Source: Rhizobium sp. Q54 (lineage in GTDB: Bacteria > Pseudomonadota > Alphaproteobacteria > SHVZ01). Taken from it: 64,000 bases of DNA. Numbering within the stretch: position 1 is the first letter of the stretch; the number at the start of each line of letters is the position of its first letter. A program made the position numbers and the translations under genes. Shown here one piece after another: positions 1 to 9,814 of this stretch. The DNA is taken from contig CAMBVS010000008.1 in the NCBI GenBank assembly GCA_945871425.1, positions 18,325 to 82,324 of the forward strand. Reading direction: 5' to 3'. The notes beneath the pieces are model-generated. The model worked only from the letters and a program-made list of their open reading frames with translations, searched no databases and was not told the DNA's origin.

Positions 1-865
1 GATCCTCTGCATGCTGCCCGCAGCCATCCTGCTGCTGACCTTCCTGACATACCCGCTCGGCCTCGGCATCTGGCTCGGATTCACCGACACCAAGATCGGC
101 CGCGATGGAGTCTTCGTCGGGATCGACAACTATTTGTCGCTCTTCGACGACAGCGTCTTCCTGCTGTCGGTGTTCAACACCATCCTCTACACCACGATCG
201 CGACGACGCTGAAATTCGGGCTCGGCCTCTACCTCGCCCTCCTTCTCAACAACCATCTGCCGTTCAAGGCGCTGCTCCGCGCCATCATCCTGCTGCCGTG
301 GATCGTGCCGACGGTGCTGTCGGCCATCGCCTTCTGGTGGATCTACGACGCCCAGTTCTCGATCCTCAGCTACATGCTCCAGAAGATGGGGCTGATCGAC
401 CAGTACATCGATTTCCTCGGCAAGCCGGCCAATGCCAGGGCCTCGCTGATCGCCGCCAACGTCTGGCGCGGCATCCCCTTCGTCGCCATCTGCCTGCTCG
501 CCGGCCTGCAGACCATCTCGCCCTCCCTCTACGAGGCGGCGGCACTGGACGGGGCCACGCCCTGGCAGCGTTTTCGGCATGTAACCATGCCGATGCTGAT
601 GCCGATCCTGTCGATCGTGCTGACCTTTTCGGTGCTGTTCACCTTCACCGACTTCCAGCTGATCTACGCCATCACCCGCGGCGGCCCGGTCAACTCGACC
701 CATCTGATGGCGACGCTGGCCTTCCAGCGCGCCATTCCCGGCGGCCAGCTCGGCGAGGGAGCGGCGATCGCGACCGCGATGATCCCCTTCCTGGTGGCAG
801 CCACGCTGTCGAGCTATTTCGGGCTGCAACGGCGGAAGTGGCAGCAGGGCGAAACCGATGACTGA
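1..865 (+). CDS. ABC transporter permease, MalF/UgpA type (carbohydrate uptake); true 5' end probably outside the window
   Basis: ORF 11..865. Multi-TM protein with an EAA-loop-like region (YEAAALDGATPWQRFRHVTMP). The frame is open back to the window edge. Confidence 0.85.
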   Translation, partial: ILCMLPAAILLLTFLTYPLGLGIWLGFTDTKIGRDGVFVGIDNYLSLFDDSVFLLSVFNTILYTTIATTLKFGLGLYLALLLNNHLPFKALLRAIILLPWIVPTVLSAIAFWWIYDAQFSILSYMLQKMGLIDQYIDFLGKPANARASLIAANVWRGIPFVAICLLAGLQTISPSLYEAAALDGATPWQRFRHVTMPMLMPILSIVLTFSVLFTFTDFQLIYAITRGGPVNSTHLMATLAFQRAIPGGQLGEGAAIATAMIPFLVAATLSSYFGLQRRKWQQGETDD

Positions 866-1751
866 GACCGCTATCGAGACCCCGCGCGCCTCCGACTCGA
901 CCGGCATGGCGTATCTGAACACGCTGCCCCGGCGGCTGGTGACGATCTACCTGCCGCTCTCGATCTTCATGATCGTGCTGCTGTTCCCGTTCTACTGGAT
1001 GGCCATCACCACCTTCAAACCCAATGACGAGCTCTACAGCTACAAGGAACACAGCCCCTTCCTGATCAAGAGCCCGACGCTGGCCAATGTCGAGAAGCTG
1101 CTCTTCAGCACCAACTATCCGGAGTGGCTGTTCAACACCATGCTGGTCGCCGTGGTGGCGACGGCGCTCGCGGTCTTCGCCAGCGTGCTCGCCGCTTACG
1201 CCATCCAGCGGCTCCGCTTCAAGGGCGCCCAGACCGTCGGGCTCCTGATCTTCCTTGCTTACCTCGTGCCCCCCAGCATCCTGTTCATCCCGCTCGCCAC
1301 CATGGTCTACGGGCTCGGCCTCTACGACACGAGCTGGTCGCTGATCCTCACATACCCGACCTTCCTCATCCCCTTCTGCACTTGGCTGATGATGGGCTAC
1401 TTCAAGTCCATCCCCTACGAGCTGGAGGAATGCGCGCTGATCGACGGCGCGACGCGACTTCAGATCCTCTGGAAGATCACCCTGCCGCTGGCCGTCCCCG
1501 GGCTCATCTCCGCCGGCATCTTCGCTTTCACCTTATCTTGGAATGAATTCATTTATGCTCTTGCATTCATTTCATCTTCTGAAGAGAAAACGGTACCGGT
1601 CGGGGTCCTGACCCAGCTCGTCGAGGGCGACGTCTACCACTGGGGGGCGCTGATGGCGGGCGCCCTGTTCGGCTCGCTTCCGGTCGCAATCCTCTACTCG
1701 TTCTTCGTCGAGTACTACGTCTCCAGCCTGACCGGAGCCGTGAAGGAATAG
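858..1751 (+). CDS. ABC transporter permease, MalG/UgpE type
   Basis: 297-aa multi-TM ORF with an EAA loop (EECALIDGATRLQILWKITLP). It overlaps the upstream permease by 8 nt, suggesting translational coupling. Confidence 0.9.
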   Translation: MTETAIETPRASDSTGMAYLNTLPRRLVTIYLPLSIFMIVLLFPFYWMAITTFKPNDELYSYKEHSPFLIKSPTLANVEKLLFSTNYPEWLFNTMLVAVVATALAVFASVLAAYAIQRLRFKGAQTVGLLIFLAYLVPPSILFIPLATMVYGLGLYDTSWSLILTYPTFLIPFCTWLMMGYFKSIPYELEECALIDGATRLQILWKITLPLAVPGLISAGIFAFTLSWNEFIYALAFISSSEEKTVPVGVLTQLVEGDVYHWGALMAGALFGSLPVAILYSFFVEYYVSSLTGAVKE

Positions 1752-1939
1752 AGGCCACCGCCGACCTCGGCCGGCTTCCACGCGCATCGCTCGATGCCCC
1801 GATCGGGCCGCCCGCGGCGGCGCCCGGTCACGTTGAGTGACGTCGCGCCTATCAATGGATTACTTTGTCTTGCGTGAACCGTAGCGAACCGGACCGCCTC
1901 CAAGCCGGGATCGGCGGCTGGGACAACGGAGCGAGTGCA

Positions 1940-2329
1940 ATGCCGGCGTATGGCAGAATACAAGTCCTGATCGTGGACGACTCTAAGACGATCAGGAGCC
2001 TGCTGGTCAGCGCGCTCCGGCAGATCGGCGTCGGTTACATCGGACAGGCGGCCGACGGCGCGGAGGCGCTCGGCAAGCTCCGGGCCAGCCCTTTCAACCT
2101 GATCATCTCCGATTGGGTGATGGAGCCGATGAACGGACTCCAGCTCCTCGCCGAGGTTCGCGCCGACGTGAAGTTGAAACACATCCCGTTCATCATGCTG
2201 ACCGCCGAGGTCTTGCCGGAGAAGATCGCCGCCGCCCGCGACCAGGGCGCCAGCGCCTACATCGCCAAGCCCTTCAACAAGCTGGCTCTGATCGACCGCA
2301 TCAACAAAGTCATGAAGGACGTGGTTTGA
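1940..2329 (+). CDS. Single-domain CheY-like response regulator (receiver only)
   Basis: Receiver motifs are present (VLIVDDS, ISDWVMEPMNG, AKPF). The track ORF starts at TTG 1865. ATG 1940, preceded by GGAG, is the more plausible start. Confidence 0.85.
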   Translation: MPAYGRIQVLIVDDSKTIRSLLVSALRQIGVGYIGQAADGAEALGKLRASPFNLIISDWVMEPMNGLQLLAEVRADVKLKHIPFIMLTAEVLPEKIAAARDQGASAYIAKPFNKLALIDRINKVMKDVV

Positions 2330-2332
2330 GCA

Positions 2333-2353
2333 CGGCGGTCCGGCCGACCGCCG
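2333..2353. terminator. Perfect 8-bp GC hairpin between convergent genes (possible bidirectional terminator)
   Basis: The sequence is CGGCGGTC-cggcc-GACCGCCG, located between the CheY-like stop (2329) and the SDR stop (2372). No clear U-tract follows. Confidence 0.3.
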
Positions 2354-2371
2354 CGCGAGGGCGGTGAACCG

Positions 2372-3124
2372 TCAATAGGTCGCGCGCCCGCCGGTGATGT
2401 CGAAGACCGCGCCGGTCGAGAACGAGCAGTCCTCGGAGGCGAGCCAGGTGACCATCGCCGCGATCTCGTCGATCTCGACGAAGCGACCCATCGGGATGCG
2501 CGACAGCATGTAGTCGATGTGCACCTGGGCCATCTGCTTGAAGATGTCGGTCTTGGCCGCCGCCGGGGTCACGCAGTTCACCAGGACGCCGGCCTGGGCC
2601 AGCTCCTTGCCAAGCGACTTGGTCAGCGCGATCAGCCCGGCCTTCGACGCGCTGTAGTGCGACGCGTTGGGGTTGCCTTCCTTGCCGGCGACCGAGGCGA
2701 TGTTGACGATGCGGCCGTATTTGCGCTGGACCATGCCGGGGACCACGGCGCGGCTGCAGAGGAAGGGCCCGATCAGGTTGACGTCGATCACCTGGCGCCA
2801 GACCGCAGGGTTCAGCTCCCAGGTCTTGCCGTTGCCGCCGGTGATGCCGGCGTTGTTGACCAGGATGGCGAGCGGTCCGAGCGCCGCTTCCGTGCCCTTC
2901 ACCGCCGCCTCGATCGAGGCAAGATCGGTCACGTCGACCTTGCGGGTGTCGACCTTGCCCTTCTTCGACAGCGCCGCCGACGCCTCCTCCATGGCCTTGG
3001 GATCGACGTCCCAAAGCGCCACGGAGGCGCCGGATGCGAGGAAACGCTCGGCTGTGGCATAGCCGATGCCGCGCGCGCCGCCGGTGATGGCCGCGACGCG
3101 GCCCTTGAGGTCGATCTGGTTCAT
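2372..3124 (-). CDS. SDR-family oxidoreductase (FabG-like)
   Basis: TGGARGIG Rossmann motif, NNAG, and the YSASK catalytic motif. Confidence 0.9.
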   Translation of the reverse strand: MNQIDLKGRVAAITGGARGIGYATAERFLASGASVALWDVDPKAMEEASAALSKKGKVDTRKVDVTDLASIEAAVKGTEAALGPLAILVNNAGITGGNGKTWELNPAVWRQVIDVNLIGPFLCSRAVVPGMVQRKYGRIVNIASVAGKEGNPNASHYSASKAGLIALTKSLGKELAQAGVLVNCVTPAAAKTDIFKQMAQVHIDYMLSRIPMGRFVEIDEIAAMVTWLASEDCSFSTGAVFDITGGRATY

Positions 3125-3176
3125 GGAGAGTCCCGGGTGAATGGAGGGAGGAGGATCTCGAAAGATTGAAGGCAGA

Positions 3177-3602
3177 TCAAGGCGTCAGCCACTTGCCGAG
3201 GAACACGACGTCGTCCTCGACGTAGCCGAGGTGCTGCCAGAAGGCGATGGCGTCCGGGTTGTCGCGCTCGACCAGCAGGTTGAGCTTCTCACATCCGCGT
3301 GCGCGAAGGCGGTCCTCGACCTCCCCGACCAGCCGCTGTCCAAGGCCGGTCCGGCGCAGCGCCGGATGCACTGCAAGGCGGTAAACCCAGCCCCGTCGCC
3401 CGTCGTCGGCCCCGGTCGCGGTGCCGACGATCCGGCCTTCGGCGTCCTCGGCCACCAGGACCAGGCCCGGATTTCGGGTTGCAACCTTGCCCATCGCCTC
3501 GTAGGTATCTGATCGGCTAGGTTTGAGCCCGGCTGCGGCCCACAGGCTGCGGACCGAGTCGGTGTCTGCGAGTGTGAACTCGCGGATGTGGATGCCGGTC
3601 AC
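3177..3602 (-). CDS. GNAT-family N-acetyltransferase
   Basis: 141 aa with an acetyl-CoA-binding-like segment ([10 protein letters not shown]) and typical GNAT length. Confidence 0.8.
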   Translation of the reverse strand: MTGIHIREFTLADTDSVRSLWAAAGLKPSRSDTYEAMGKVATRNPGLVLVAEDAEGRIVGTATGADDGRRGWVYRLAVHPALRRTGLGQRLVGEVEDRLRARGCEKLNLLVERDNPDAIAFWQHLGYVEDDVVFLGKWLTP

Positions 3603-3668
3603 GATTGTTCCGTCTCAGGATCGCTCGACAAAAAGCTGATCCCTCTATCATGGATCGGCACCGGGGGA

Positions 3669-4298
3669 ATGCGCCGCATGGCTAGACCGTCAACCAAGAA
3701 ATTCACGAAGCCGACTCGCGCCGAGGCCGAAGCGGCCGTCCGCGTGCTGCTCAGCTGGGCCGGCGACGACCCCAACCGCGAGGGCCTCCATGATACCCCC
3801 GCCCGCGTCTGCCGCGCCTATGAGCACTACGGCTCGGGTTACGGCGCCGACCCCGAGGAGATCCTCGCCCGCACCTTCTCCGAGACCGAGGGTTACGACG
3901 AGATGGTCGTGCTCCGCGACATCCGGCTCGAATCCCATTGCGAGCATCACCTGGCGCCGATCATCGGCAAGGTCCATGTCGCCTATCTGCCGCAGAAGCG
4001 GGTGGTCGGCATCTCCAAGCTCGCCCGCGTCGTCGACGCCTATGCCAAGCGCTTGCAGATCCAGGAGAAGCTGACGGCGCAGATCGCCGCCGCGATCGAG
4101 CGCACGCTCAAGCCCCGTGGTGTCGCCGTGGTGATCGAGGCGGTCCATCACTGCATGACCACCCGTGGCGTCCACAAGGTCGGCACGACCTTGGTCACCA
4201 GCCGGATGATCGGCGCCTTCCGCGACGACCCGGCGACAAGGCGCGAGTTCCTGTCGCTGATCGGCTCGGTTCAGCACACCTCGCGGATGTCGGAGTGA
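3669..4298 (+). CDS. folE: GTP cyclohydrolase I
   Basis: FolE-type sequence ([36 protein letters not shown]). The start is set at ATG 3669; the track ORF starts at 3588. Confidence 0.9.
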   Translation: MRRMARPSTKKFTKPTRAEAEAAVRVLLSWAGDDPNREGLHDTPARVCRAYEHYGSGYGADPEEILARTFSETEGYDEMVVLRDIRLESHCEHHLAPIIGKVHVAYLPQKRVVGISKLARVVDAYAKRLQIQEKLTAQIAAAIERTLKPRGVAVVIEAVHHCMTTRGVHKVGTTLVTSRMIGAFRDDPATRREFLSLIGSVQHTSRMSE

Positions 4299-4495
4299 GG
4301 CGGCATCCTTGGCCTGAATCGGACTTGGGACCGCAGCCATGACCGCCGCTCCGAGCCGGGCCCGCCTGTGCTCGGGGACGACCTCGAGGGTGCCGTTTAG
4401 CGAACTTGTGGCCGACCACCGCCGTCATCGGTTCGCCACGAACGAAAGGGCCCCGGGCCGAAGCCCGAGGCCGCAATCGAGTAGCCCAGGGCCGG

Positions 4496-6229
4496 CTAGG
4501 CTGCGCGGATCTCGCGCAGGAAGGCGTCGACCTGGGCCTTCAGTGTCTCGCCGTTCTTGCCCAATTCGCTGGCGGAGGCCGACACCTGGCCGGCAGCCTC
4601 GCCGCTCCGGCGCGCCGCCCGGCTGACGCCGGTGATGTTGTTCGACACCTCGCCATTGCCTTCGGCCACCTGCTGGACGTTGTGAGCGATCTCCTGCGTC
4701 GAAACGCCCTGCTGCTCCACCGCCGCCGCGATCGCGCCGGCCGTGCCGCTCACCTGGCCGATGGTCTCGGCGATGCTGCGGATCGACACCACCGAGACCT
4801 GGGTTGCGTCCTGGATAGCCCGGATCTGGGCCGCGATCTCTTCCGTCGCCTTCGCCGTCTGAGTGGCCAGCGCCTTGACCTCGGACGCAACCACGGCGAA
4901 GCCCTTGCCGGCATCGCCCGCACGCGCCGCCTCGATCGTGGCATTGAGCGCCAGCAGGTTGGTCTGTCCGGCAATGCCGCTGATCAGGTCGACGACGTCG
5001 CCGATCTTCTGCGCCGTCGCGGCCAGGCCTTGCACCTGCGCGTTGGTGGCGTTCGCCTTCGTCACCGCCGCTGCGATCAGCTGCGTCGAACTGGTGACTT
5101 GCTGGGCAATCTCCCTGATCGAGGCGGAAAGCTGCTCGGTCGCCGTGGCGACAGTGTGCACGTTCCGCGTCGCCTCCTCGGAGGCCGCAGCCACGGTCGC
5201 GGTCTGACGTGTGGTCTCCTCCGACGTCGCCGCCATCGATTTCGCCGTCGACCGCAACTCGCTAGCCTGTGAGGCAACCGAATTGACCACCCCGCCGACA
5301 CTGGCCTCGAACCGGTCGGCCAGGTCGAGCATCGCCTTGCGTCGCTCGGCCTCGGTACGCTGCTTCTGCGCTTCCTGCTCTGCGCGCAGGCGTCCGGTCT
5401 CGATCATGTTGTCCTTGAAGAACTGTACCGCCTTGGCCATCTCGCCGATCTCGTCGTGCCGCGACGCATAGGGGATGTCGACGCTCGAGTCGCCACCCGA
5501 CAGCCGCATCATCACGCCGCTTATGGAGGTGAGTGGCCTGACGACCCCGCGCGAGACGGTCGCATAGCCGAGGCCGGCGATCGCCAGCGCCAGGAAGACC
5601 GCCAGGCCCACCACGATCGAAGTGATCTTCATGGTCGTCGCCTCGATTGCGGCAACCTTCGCCGCGCCACTCTGTTCCACCGCCTCGCGGAACTGCTTGA
5701 GCGCCGCCTGCAGCGTCGTCTCGGCCGGAACGACCGTCTTGGACAGCTGCTCGATGGCATCCGCCTGGGCAAAGGCCGCGGCCAGCTCGAAGACCTTCTT
5801 GGACGCGGCCTCGAACGAGCCGAGGGCGCCGACGATTCCGGCGCCGCTGTCGGTGATCGCGGCTGCCGTGTTGTCGGCCAGCGTCTCGCTCAGGGTCATT
5901 CTGACTTCGCCGAGAAGCGCCAGGAAGCGCTCCTGCATGGCCTTTAGCTTCTCGAGGTCCAATTCGGACGGAGCGGCGTGAACTTCGCCGATGGCGCGCT
6001 CGACGTTGATCGAGACCGCCATCTCCAAGCCGGAGAAGCGGCTGCTCTCGGCGTAGAGATCCTCCCCCAGGTCCCGGATATCGCGAGCGGCGAAGACGGC
6101 GATCGCGCCCATGACGCACAGGACGACCACGGCGGCGCTGAGCACGCCCCAAAGCTTGGTCGAAACCTTTAACCGCTTGAGCCTCGCGAACCCGACCATG
6201 ACGGACCTCATCAACTTCGTGGTGAACAC
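4496..6229 (-). CDS. Methyl-accepting chemotaxis protein (four-helix-bundle-like periplasmic region, HAMP, MA domain)
   Basis: Two TM segments flank a helical region of about 160 aa. A HAMP-like segment is present ([17 protein letters not shown]). The conserved signalling hairpin is present ([31 protein letters not shown]). Confidence 0.92.
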   Translation of the reverse strand: MFTTKLMRSVMVGFARLKRLKVSTKLWGVLSAAVVVLCVMGAIAVFAARDIRDLGEDLYAESSRFSGLEMAVSINVERAIGEVHAAPSELDLEKLKAMQERFLALLGEVRMTLSETLADNTAAAITDSGAGIVGALGSFEAASKKVFELAAAFAQADAIEQLSKTVVPAETTLQAALKQFREAVEQSGAAKVAAIEATTMKITSIVVGLAVFLALAIAGLGYATVSRGVVRPLTSISGVMMRLSGGDSSVDIPYASRHDEIGEMAKAVQFFKDNMIETGRLRAEQEAQKQRTEAERRKAMLDLADRFEASVGGVVNSVASQASELRSTAKSMAATSEETTRQTATVAAASEEATRNVHTVATATEQLSASIREIAQQVTSSTQLIAAAVTKANATNAQVQGLAATAQKIGDVVDLISGIAGQTNLLALNATIEAARAGDAGKGFAVVASEVKALATQTAKATEEIAAQIRAIQDATQVSVVSIRSIAETIGQVSGTAGAIAAAVEQQGVSTQEIAHNVQQVAEGNGEVSNNITGVSRAARRSGEAAGQVSASASELGKNGETLKAQVDAFLREIRAA

Positions 6230-6289
6230 TCAGAAAATCGCCGGCCGGTTGACAGGCCGCTCGGCCTGTCAGCCGTGCCGGCCCGATCG

Positions 6290-7054
6290 CTACTTCTTGG
6301 CAGCGCCGAGTTTGGCCGCCGCTTCGATGAACTTCTTCGCGTCCGGCGTGGGCGGCCCCTTGGTCACCAGAGCGAGCACCTGCTTGATCTCCGCTCCGGC
6401 GACGGGCGCCACCGCCGGCGTAATGCTGGCACCGTTGCCATAGCCGATGGCGTTCGGAGCCTGGGCGACGATCTGGGAGAGCTGGACGAAGCTCTGCACC
6501 GGGCGGGCCTTGTCGGTGATCTCGGTGCCGCCGAGGAACTGGTTGACCACGAGCGTGCGCTGCCCCAGGCCCTGGGCGGCGGTCACGACGATGATCGGCT
6601 GGTCGCCGCCGCCGACGTCCTTCCACGACGTGATCTTGCCGGTGAAGATGTCCTTGAGCTGAGCCTCGGTCAGCGCCTTGACCGGGTTGGAGGGGTGGAC
6701 GATGAACCTGAGGGTCTCGCCACCGACAGGCACCACCTCGAAGCCTTCGATGCTGATCGAGCCCGGGTTGGCCTTGTTCAGGTTGGCTTCGGTGAGCTTG
6801 ATCGGCGAGGCGACCATGGCGACGTCGGACTTGCCGGCGTAGAGGTCCTTGAGGCCGTTGCCGTCGCCGTTGACGATGACGTTGACCTTCAGGCCGGTTT
6901 CCTGCTCGATCGCCGCCTTGTTAGGGTTGACGACGCCGGCCGCCACGGTGGCGCTGCCGCTGATCTTCAGCTCGCCGGCAGCGAGCGCATCGCCGTTGGC
7001 CAACAGCAGGAACACGGCCCCGGCCATCAGCGCTTTCTGGAACATGCAAGACAT
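6290..7054 (-). CDS. Periplasmic PstS-like (PBP type 2) substrate-binding protein
   Basis: Signal peptide, then SGSATV and a PstS-family-like core (LKDIFTGKITSWKDVGG). It lies 60 nt upstream of the MCP on the same strand. Confidence 0.7.
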   Translation of the reverse strand: MSCMFQKALMAGAVFLLLANGDALAAGELKISGSATVAAGVVNPNKAAIEQETGLKVNVIVNGDGNGLKDLYAGKSDVAMVASPIKLTEANLNKANPGSISIEGFEVVPVGGETLRFIVHPSNPVKALTEAQLKDIFTGKITSWKDVGGGDQPIIVVTAAQGLGQRTLVVNQFLGGTEITDKARPVQSFVQLSQIVAQAPNAIGYGNGASITPAVAPVAGAEIKQVLALVTKGPPTPDAKKFIEAAAKLGAAKK

Positions 7055-7096
7055 GTGAGCCCTTCCTTTCGAGTGGCGGAGTTAACCATCGATAGC

Positions 7097-7165
7097 GGGA
7101 GGCTACCGAAGAGGCGGAGACATCCCCATCAACCGAAAGTATGAGAGGCCTCGAATGTTCGGGAG
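7097..7165 (-). promoter_or_regulatory. Conserved leader element, copy 1 (unclassified; core only)
   Basis: Aligns without gaps to copies at 8256..8322 and 9815..9880. Invariant blocks are TCATACTTTCG, TGATGGGGATG and CGTAG. Its 3' end is about 42 nt (mini-ORF TAG 48 nt) upstream of the SBP start codon. Confidence 0.75.
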
Positions 7166-7442
7166 CGGCACGACCGCCGAGCAGGCGTGGCCGTCGGCAC
7201 GGCAGGCCCGGGACGACACTGGTCTCCTCGCCCTGGGCGAAGAGCGTGCCGCCGGCCTCGAGCAGGCTCTCTGGGCCAGGGACCCGGTCGCTTCGAACCG
7301 GGTCGGCCGTCCGGGATCGCCGATCGTCTCATGAGTGAGGCGCAGGATCGCCTGGTGCAGGCAGGACCGATCCTCGTCGCGCCGGGTGACCGGGCCAGCG
7401 ACGAGGTCGGCGACCACGAATCGGCCGGCCCGCCTTCCGAAT

Positions 7443-8198
7443 TCAGTCCGCGGCGGAATGGCCCTGCGAAGTGCGGGCGTGGCCGAACTCTCCCACCGCC
7501 TCGGCGCCGCTCCGGCCGGCCCTCGAAGGCAGCGAAGGGAGCATGGAGCGCAGCACGTCGTCTCGGCGAACGTAGTGGTGGAAGAGCGCCGCCGCCGCAT
7601 GCAGGCCGATGAGGGCCAGCATGCCCCAGGCGAGGATCGCCTTGAGAAGCAGCAATACTTCCGCAATGTCCGGGTCGCCGAAGTCGGAGACCGGCGGAAT
7701 GTTGACGCCGAACACCTCCAGCTCCTTGCCGGCGTAGCCGAGATAGGCCCAGCCGAGCAGCGGGACGGCGATGAGCAGGCCGTAGAACGCGGCGTGAACG
7801 AGACGGGCGACGATCTGCTCGGCGGTCCACTTGCCCTGGCGTGCGTGGCCGGGCTTCGGATGCAACAGGCGCCAGCCGAGGCGACAGATGACCACCGCGA
7901 GAAGGAGCATGCCGAGGCTCTTGTGCAAGGCGCGCGATCCGTCGACGATCCCGGGCACCATCACGAGGGTGTAGAGCGCGACGACGAGGCCGAGCGTCGT
8001 CCAATGGAAGGCCTTGCTGACGGGGTCGTACGAGGCGGGGCGTCGGCGGACCGAGGTCATCGTCATTGCCGGATCCTCGCGGCGCGAAGGTGGGGTCAAG
8101 GTCAACGGGCGGGCCCTGGTCGAGGCCGGCGATACGCTGCTCGTCCAGGACGGGAAGACCAGCGTCGGCAGGTCGGCGAAGTCGTCCGGGGGGGTCAT
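7443..8198 (-). CDS. Cytochrome b561 family protein (CybB-like)
   Basis: Four TM helices with conserved His (KAFHWTT, RLVHAAFY, LHAAAALFHH). An alternative start at ATG 8066 (GAGGA SD) would give about 207 aa. The 8198..8067 extension has high GC3. Confidence 0.85.
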   Translation of the reverse strand: MTPPDDFADLPTLVFPSWTSSVSPASTRARPLTLTPPSRREDPAMTMTSVRRRPASYDPVSKAFHWTTLGLVVALYTLVMVPGIVDGSRALHKSLGMLLLAVVICRLGWRLLHPKPGHARQGKWTAEQIVARLVHAAFYGLLIAVPLLGWAYLGYAGKELEVFGVNIPPVSDFGDPDIAEVLLLLKAILAWGMLALIGLHAAAALFHHYVRRDDVLRSMLPSLPSRAGRSGAEAVGEFGHARTSQGHSAAD

Positions 8199-8255
8199 GG
8201 CACTGGTTCTCTCGCTGCCTGTCTGGCCGGGCCTCCTGTCGGACCCGGCAAGATC

Positions 8256-8383
8256 GAGACTACGGAAGGGGTGCCCGCATCCCCATCAGTCGAAAGTATG
8301 AAGCGCTTCGAAAGCTCGGACGCGGCGGAGGGGAAACCGGCCGGCGAGCTCCGGGCGCGGCAGGACCGGACACCGAATGCCGG
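8256..8383 (-). promoter_or_regulatory. Conserved leader element, copy 2 (core plus 5' extension shared with copy 3)
   Basis: The core 8256..8322 aligns to copies 1 and 3. The stretch 8319..8383 matches 9878..9942 at 46 of 65 positions without gaps (hand count). Confidence 0.75.
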
Positions 8384-8460
8384 ACTCGAGCCACCGGATC
8401 TGTCGGTCTCCGGACCGGACCGGGTGGGGCTGCGTCACCCACCTCTCTCCAGTAGCCCGG

Positions 8461-8489
8461 ATCCTGTCAAAAACCGGCGATTCTGTCAA
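8461..8489 (-). promoter_or_regulatory. Candidate sigma-70 promoter for the cytochrome b561 transcript
   Basis: On the minus strand: CTTGACA (8489..8484), a 17-nt spacer, then CAGGAT (8466..8461). An A/T-rich UP-like block lies upstream (8491..8525). This is the only A/T-rich patch in this intergenic region. Confidence 0.35.
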
Positions 8490-8587
8490 GGTAAAAATTA
8501 CGCATTTCGACGATTTTTTTCCGCGGCATTCGAGGCCATGGACGATGCCCGTCGGCGGCAGGATCGGGCCAGACGGTCAAAATGATG

Positions 8588-8609
8588 AGGCCGCCCTGGA
8601 GGGCGGCCT
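8588..8609 (-). terminator. Rho-independent-type terminator after the CxxCH lipoprotein gene
   Basis: On the minus strand: AGGCCGCCC-TCCA-GGGCGGCCT followed by CATCATTTTGA. Perfect 9-bp stem. Confidence 0.6.
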
Positions 8610-8705
8610 TCATCGGGACGTCGGTTCTCCGGCGGCATTTCTCGGCAGGAGCCGGGGTCGACGAGGCGGGAGGGACCATGGGGCCACCTCCCGCGTCGCG
8701 GACGA

Positions 8706-9740
8706 TCAGCTCGTCGGTTTGTTCTTGGGTTGGTTCTTCCTCTCCCAGGCGTTCGCCTCTTCGATCGCCTTCTTGAAGGCCTCGCCGGTGATCAGCAGCT
8801 CGTTCTTGAGCTTCGGATCCATGGCCTTCGGATCGCCCTTTTCGGTCTGCGGCATCTTGTTGTCGCGAACCGACTTGAGGATGCCGTCGATCTCGGAGGC
8901 GGCGTGCCGCGGGGTCATCAGCATCGTCAGGCGGTTCATGATCTTGTGGCCGTCCGGCGCATGGCAGGCCATGCAGTCGCCACCGCGCATGGCGAGCGCG
9001 ACGGTCTTGTAGGTTTCGTCGAGCCGGGCGAGGTGCGGGTTGCCGGCGCTGTACTGCTCGGAGAAGAGCGTGATGTAGGGCTGGGTCTGACCCTTGTCAT
9101 CCGACCACATCCACTGGCCGTCGAAGGCGGGCGGCTTCACCGGGGCCCAGGCCCACGGACCGCGATTGTCGTAGCTGCCCTCATGCGCGCGGGTGACGAA
9201 CTTCGCCTTGCCGTCGGCGCCGAGGTAGAAGCGGATCTCGTTCGCCGTCTCGTAGGCTACCCACTTGTCGCCGTGGTGCCAGAAAGGATACGGATAGGCG
9301 CCCGGCGGCAGGGCGTTGCGGAAGTAGGCCTCGATCGAGACGATCGTGGTGCCTTCGGGCCCCTCGCCGAGGATCTTCTGCTTGCCGGAGAACATGAAGA
9401 GCGAGAAATAGGTGCTCCGCCAGAAATCGCTCTTGATGTAGGCGAGCTTCTTCTTGTCCCAGCCGAGCTTCGGCTGCTCTCCGCCCCACAGCACCACGTT
9501 GTCGTTCAGCGCGAGGTTCTCGTCGCCCGTGCCCATGCCATGGCGGCATTTATCGAACGCCGTCATGTCGTCGGGCTTCGCCACCGGGCAGATCTTGGAC
9601 AGCGACGCGGCGAGCTTCTCGGCGTAGGATTTCATGTCGACCTTCTTGGTCGGCGACTCGCCGCAGGCGGCGAGGGTGGCCGCGACGGCGAGGACGCCGG
9701 CGAGACCCCAAGAGCGTGCAGTTGTCGGCATGTTGAACAT
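8706..9740 (-). CDS. Putative lipoprotein with a single CxxCH motif (possible c-type haem or other tetrapyrrole-binding protein), function unknown
   Basis: Lipobox LAAC after a signal peptide. A CMACH motif lies near the C-terminus. No family was recognised by eye. Confidence 0.6.
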   Translation of the reverse strand: MFNMPTTARSWGLAGVLAVAATLAACGESPTKKVDMKSYAEKLAASLSKICPVAKPDDMTAFDKCRHGMGTGDENLALNDNVVLWGGEQPKLGWDKKKLAYIKSDFWRSTYFSLFMFSGKQKILGEGPEGTTIVSIEAYFRNALPPGAYPYPFWHHGDKWVAYETANEIRFYLGADGKAKFVTRAHEGSYDNRGPWAWAPVKPPAFDGQWMWSDDKGQTQPYITLFSEQYSAGNPHLARLDETYKTVALAMRGGDCMACHAPDGHKIMNRLTMLMTPRHAASEIDGILKSVRDNKMPQTEKGDPKAMDPKLKNELLITGEAFKKAIEEANAWERKNQPKNKPTS

Positions 9741-9814
9741 CTGGATTCCTTTCCTCGGAATGGTCTCTTGGCTTGCGCCGTGGACGGTGGCGCCCAGGTA
9801 AGGCGCATGAGAGG

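Noticed and set aside
3588-3668. Possible THF-II (folE-motif) riboswitch upstream of folE
   Set aside because: Only a short hairpin (GGATC..GATCC) is visible. I could not match the region to my recollection of the folE-motif consensus. A cmsearch would be needed, so it is not reported as a feature.
7166-7442. GC-rich 280-nt spacer between cytochrome b561 and leader copy 1, with an open minus-strand frame (…FVVADLVAGPVTRRDEDRSCLHQAILRLTHE…) that might be a gene remnant
   Set aside because: There is no start codon or SD, and no recognisable family. Short cNMP-binding-like strings appear in different frames and in inconsistent order. I cannot distinguish a decayed pseudogene from chance.
8281-8294. 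FNR/FixK-type anaerobox (TTGAT-N4-ATCAA) within the conserved leader element (TTGATGGGGATG)
   Set aside because: Only the first half-site matches. The second half is ATG(C/T)N in all copies, and copy 2 even has CTGAT. It is not a palindrome.
8464-8489. Pho-box-like direct repeat CTGTCAA ... CTGTCAA
   Set aside because: The repeat spacing is 19 nt, not the 11-nt periodicity of PhoB sites. Read on the minus strand, it is better explained as TTGACA -35-like hexamers.
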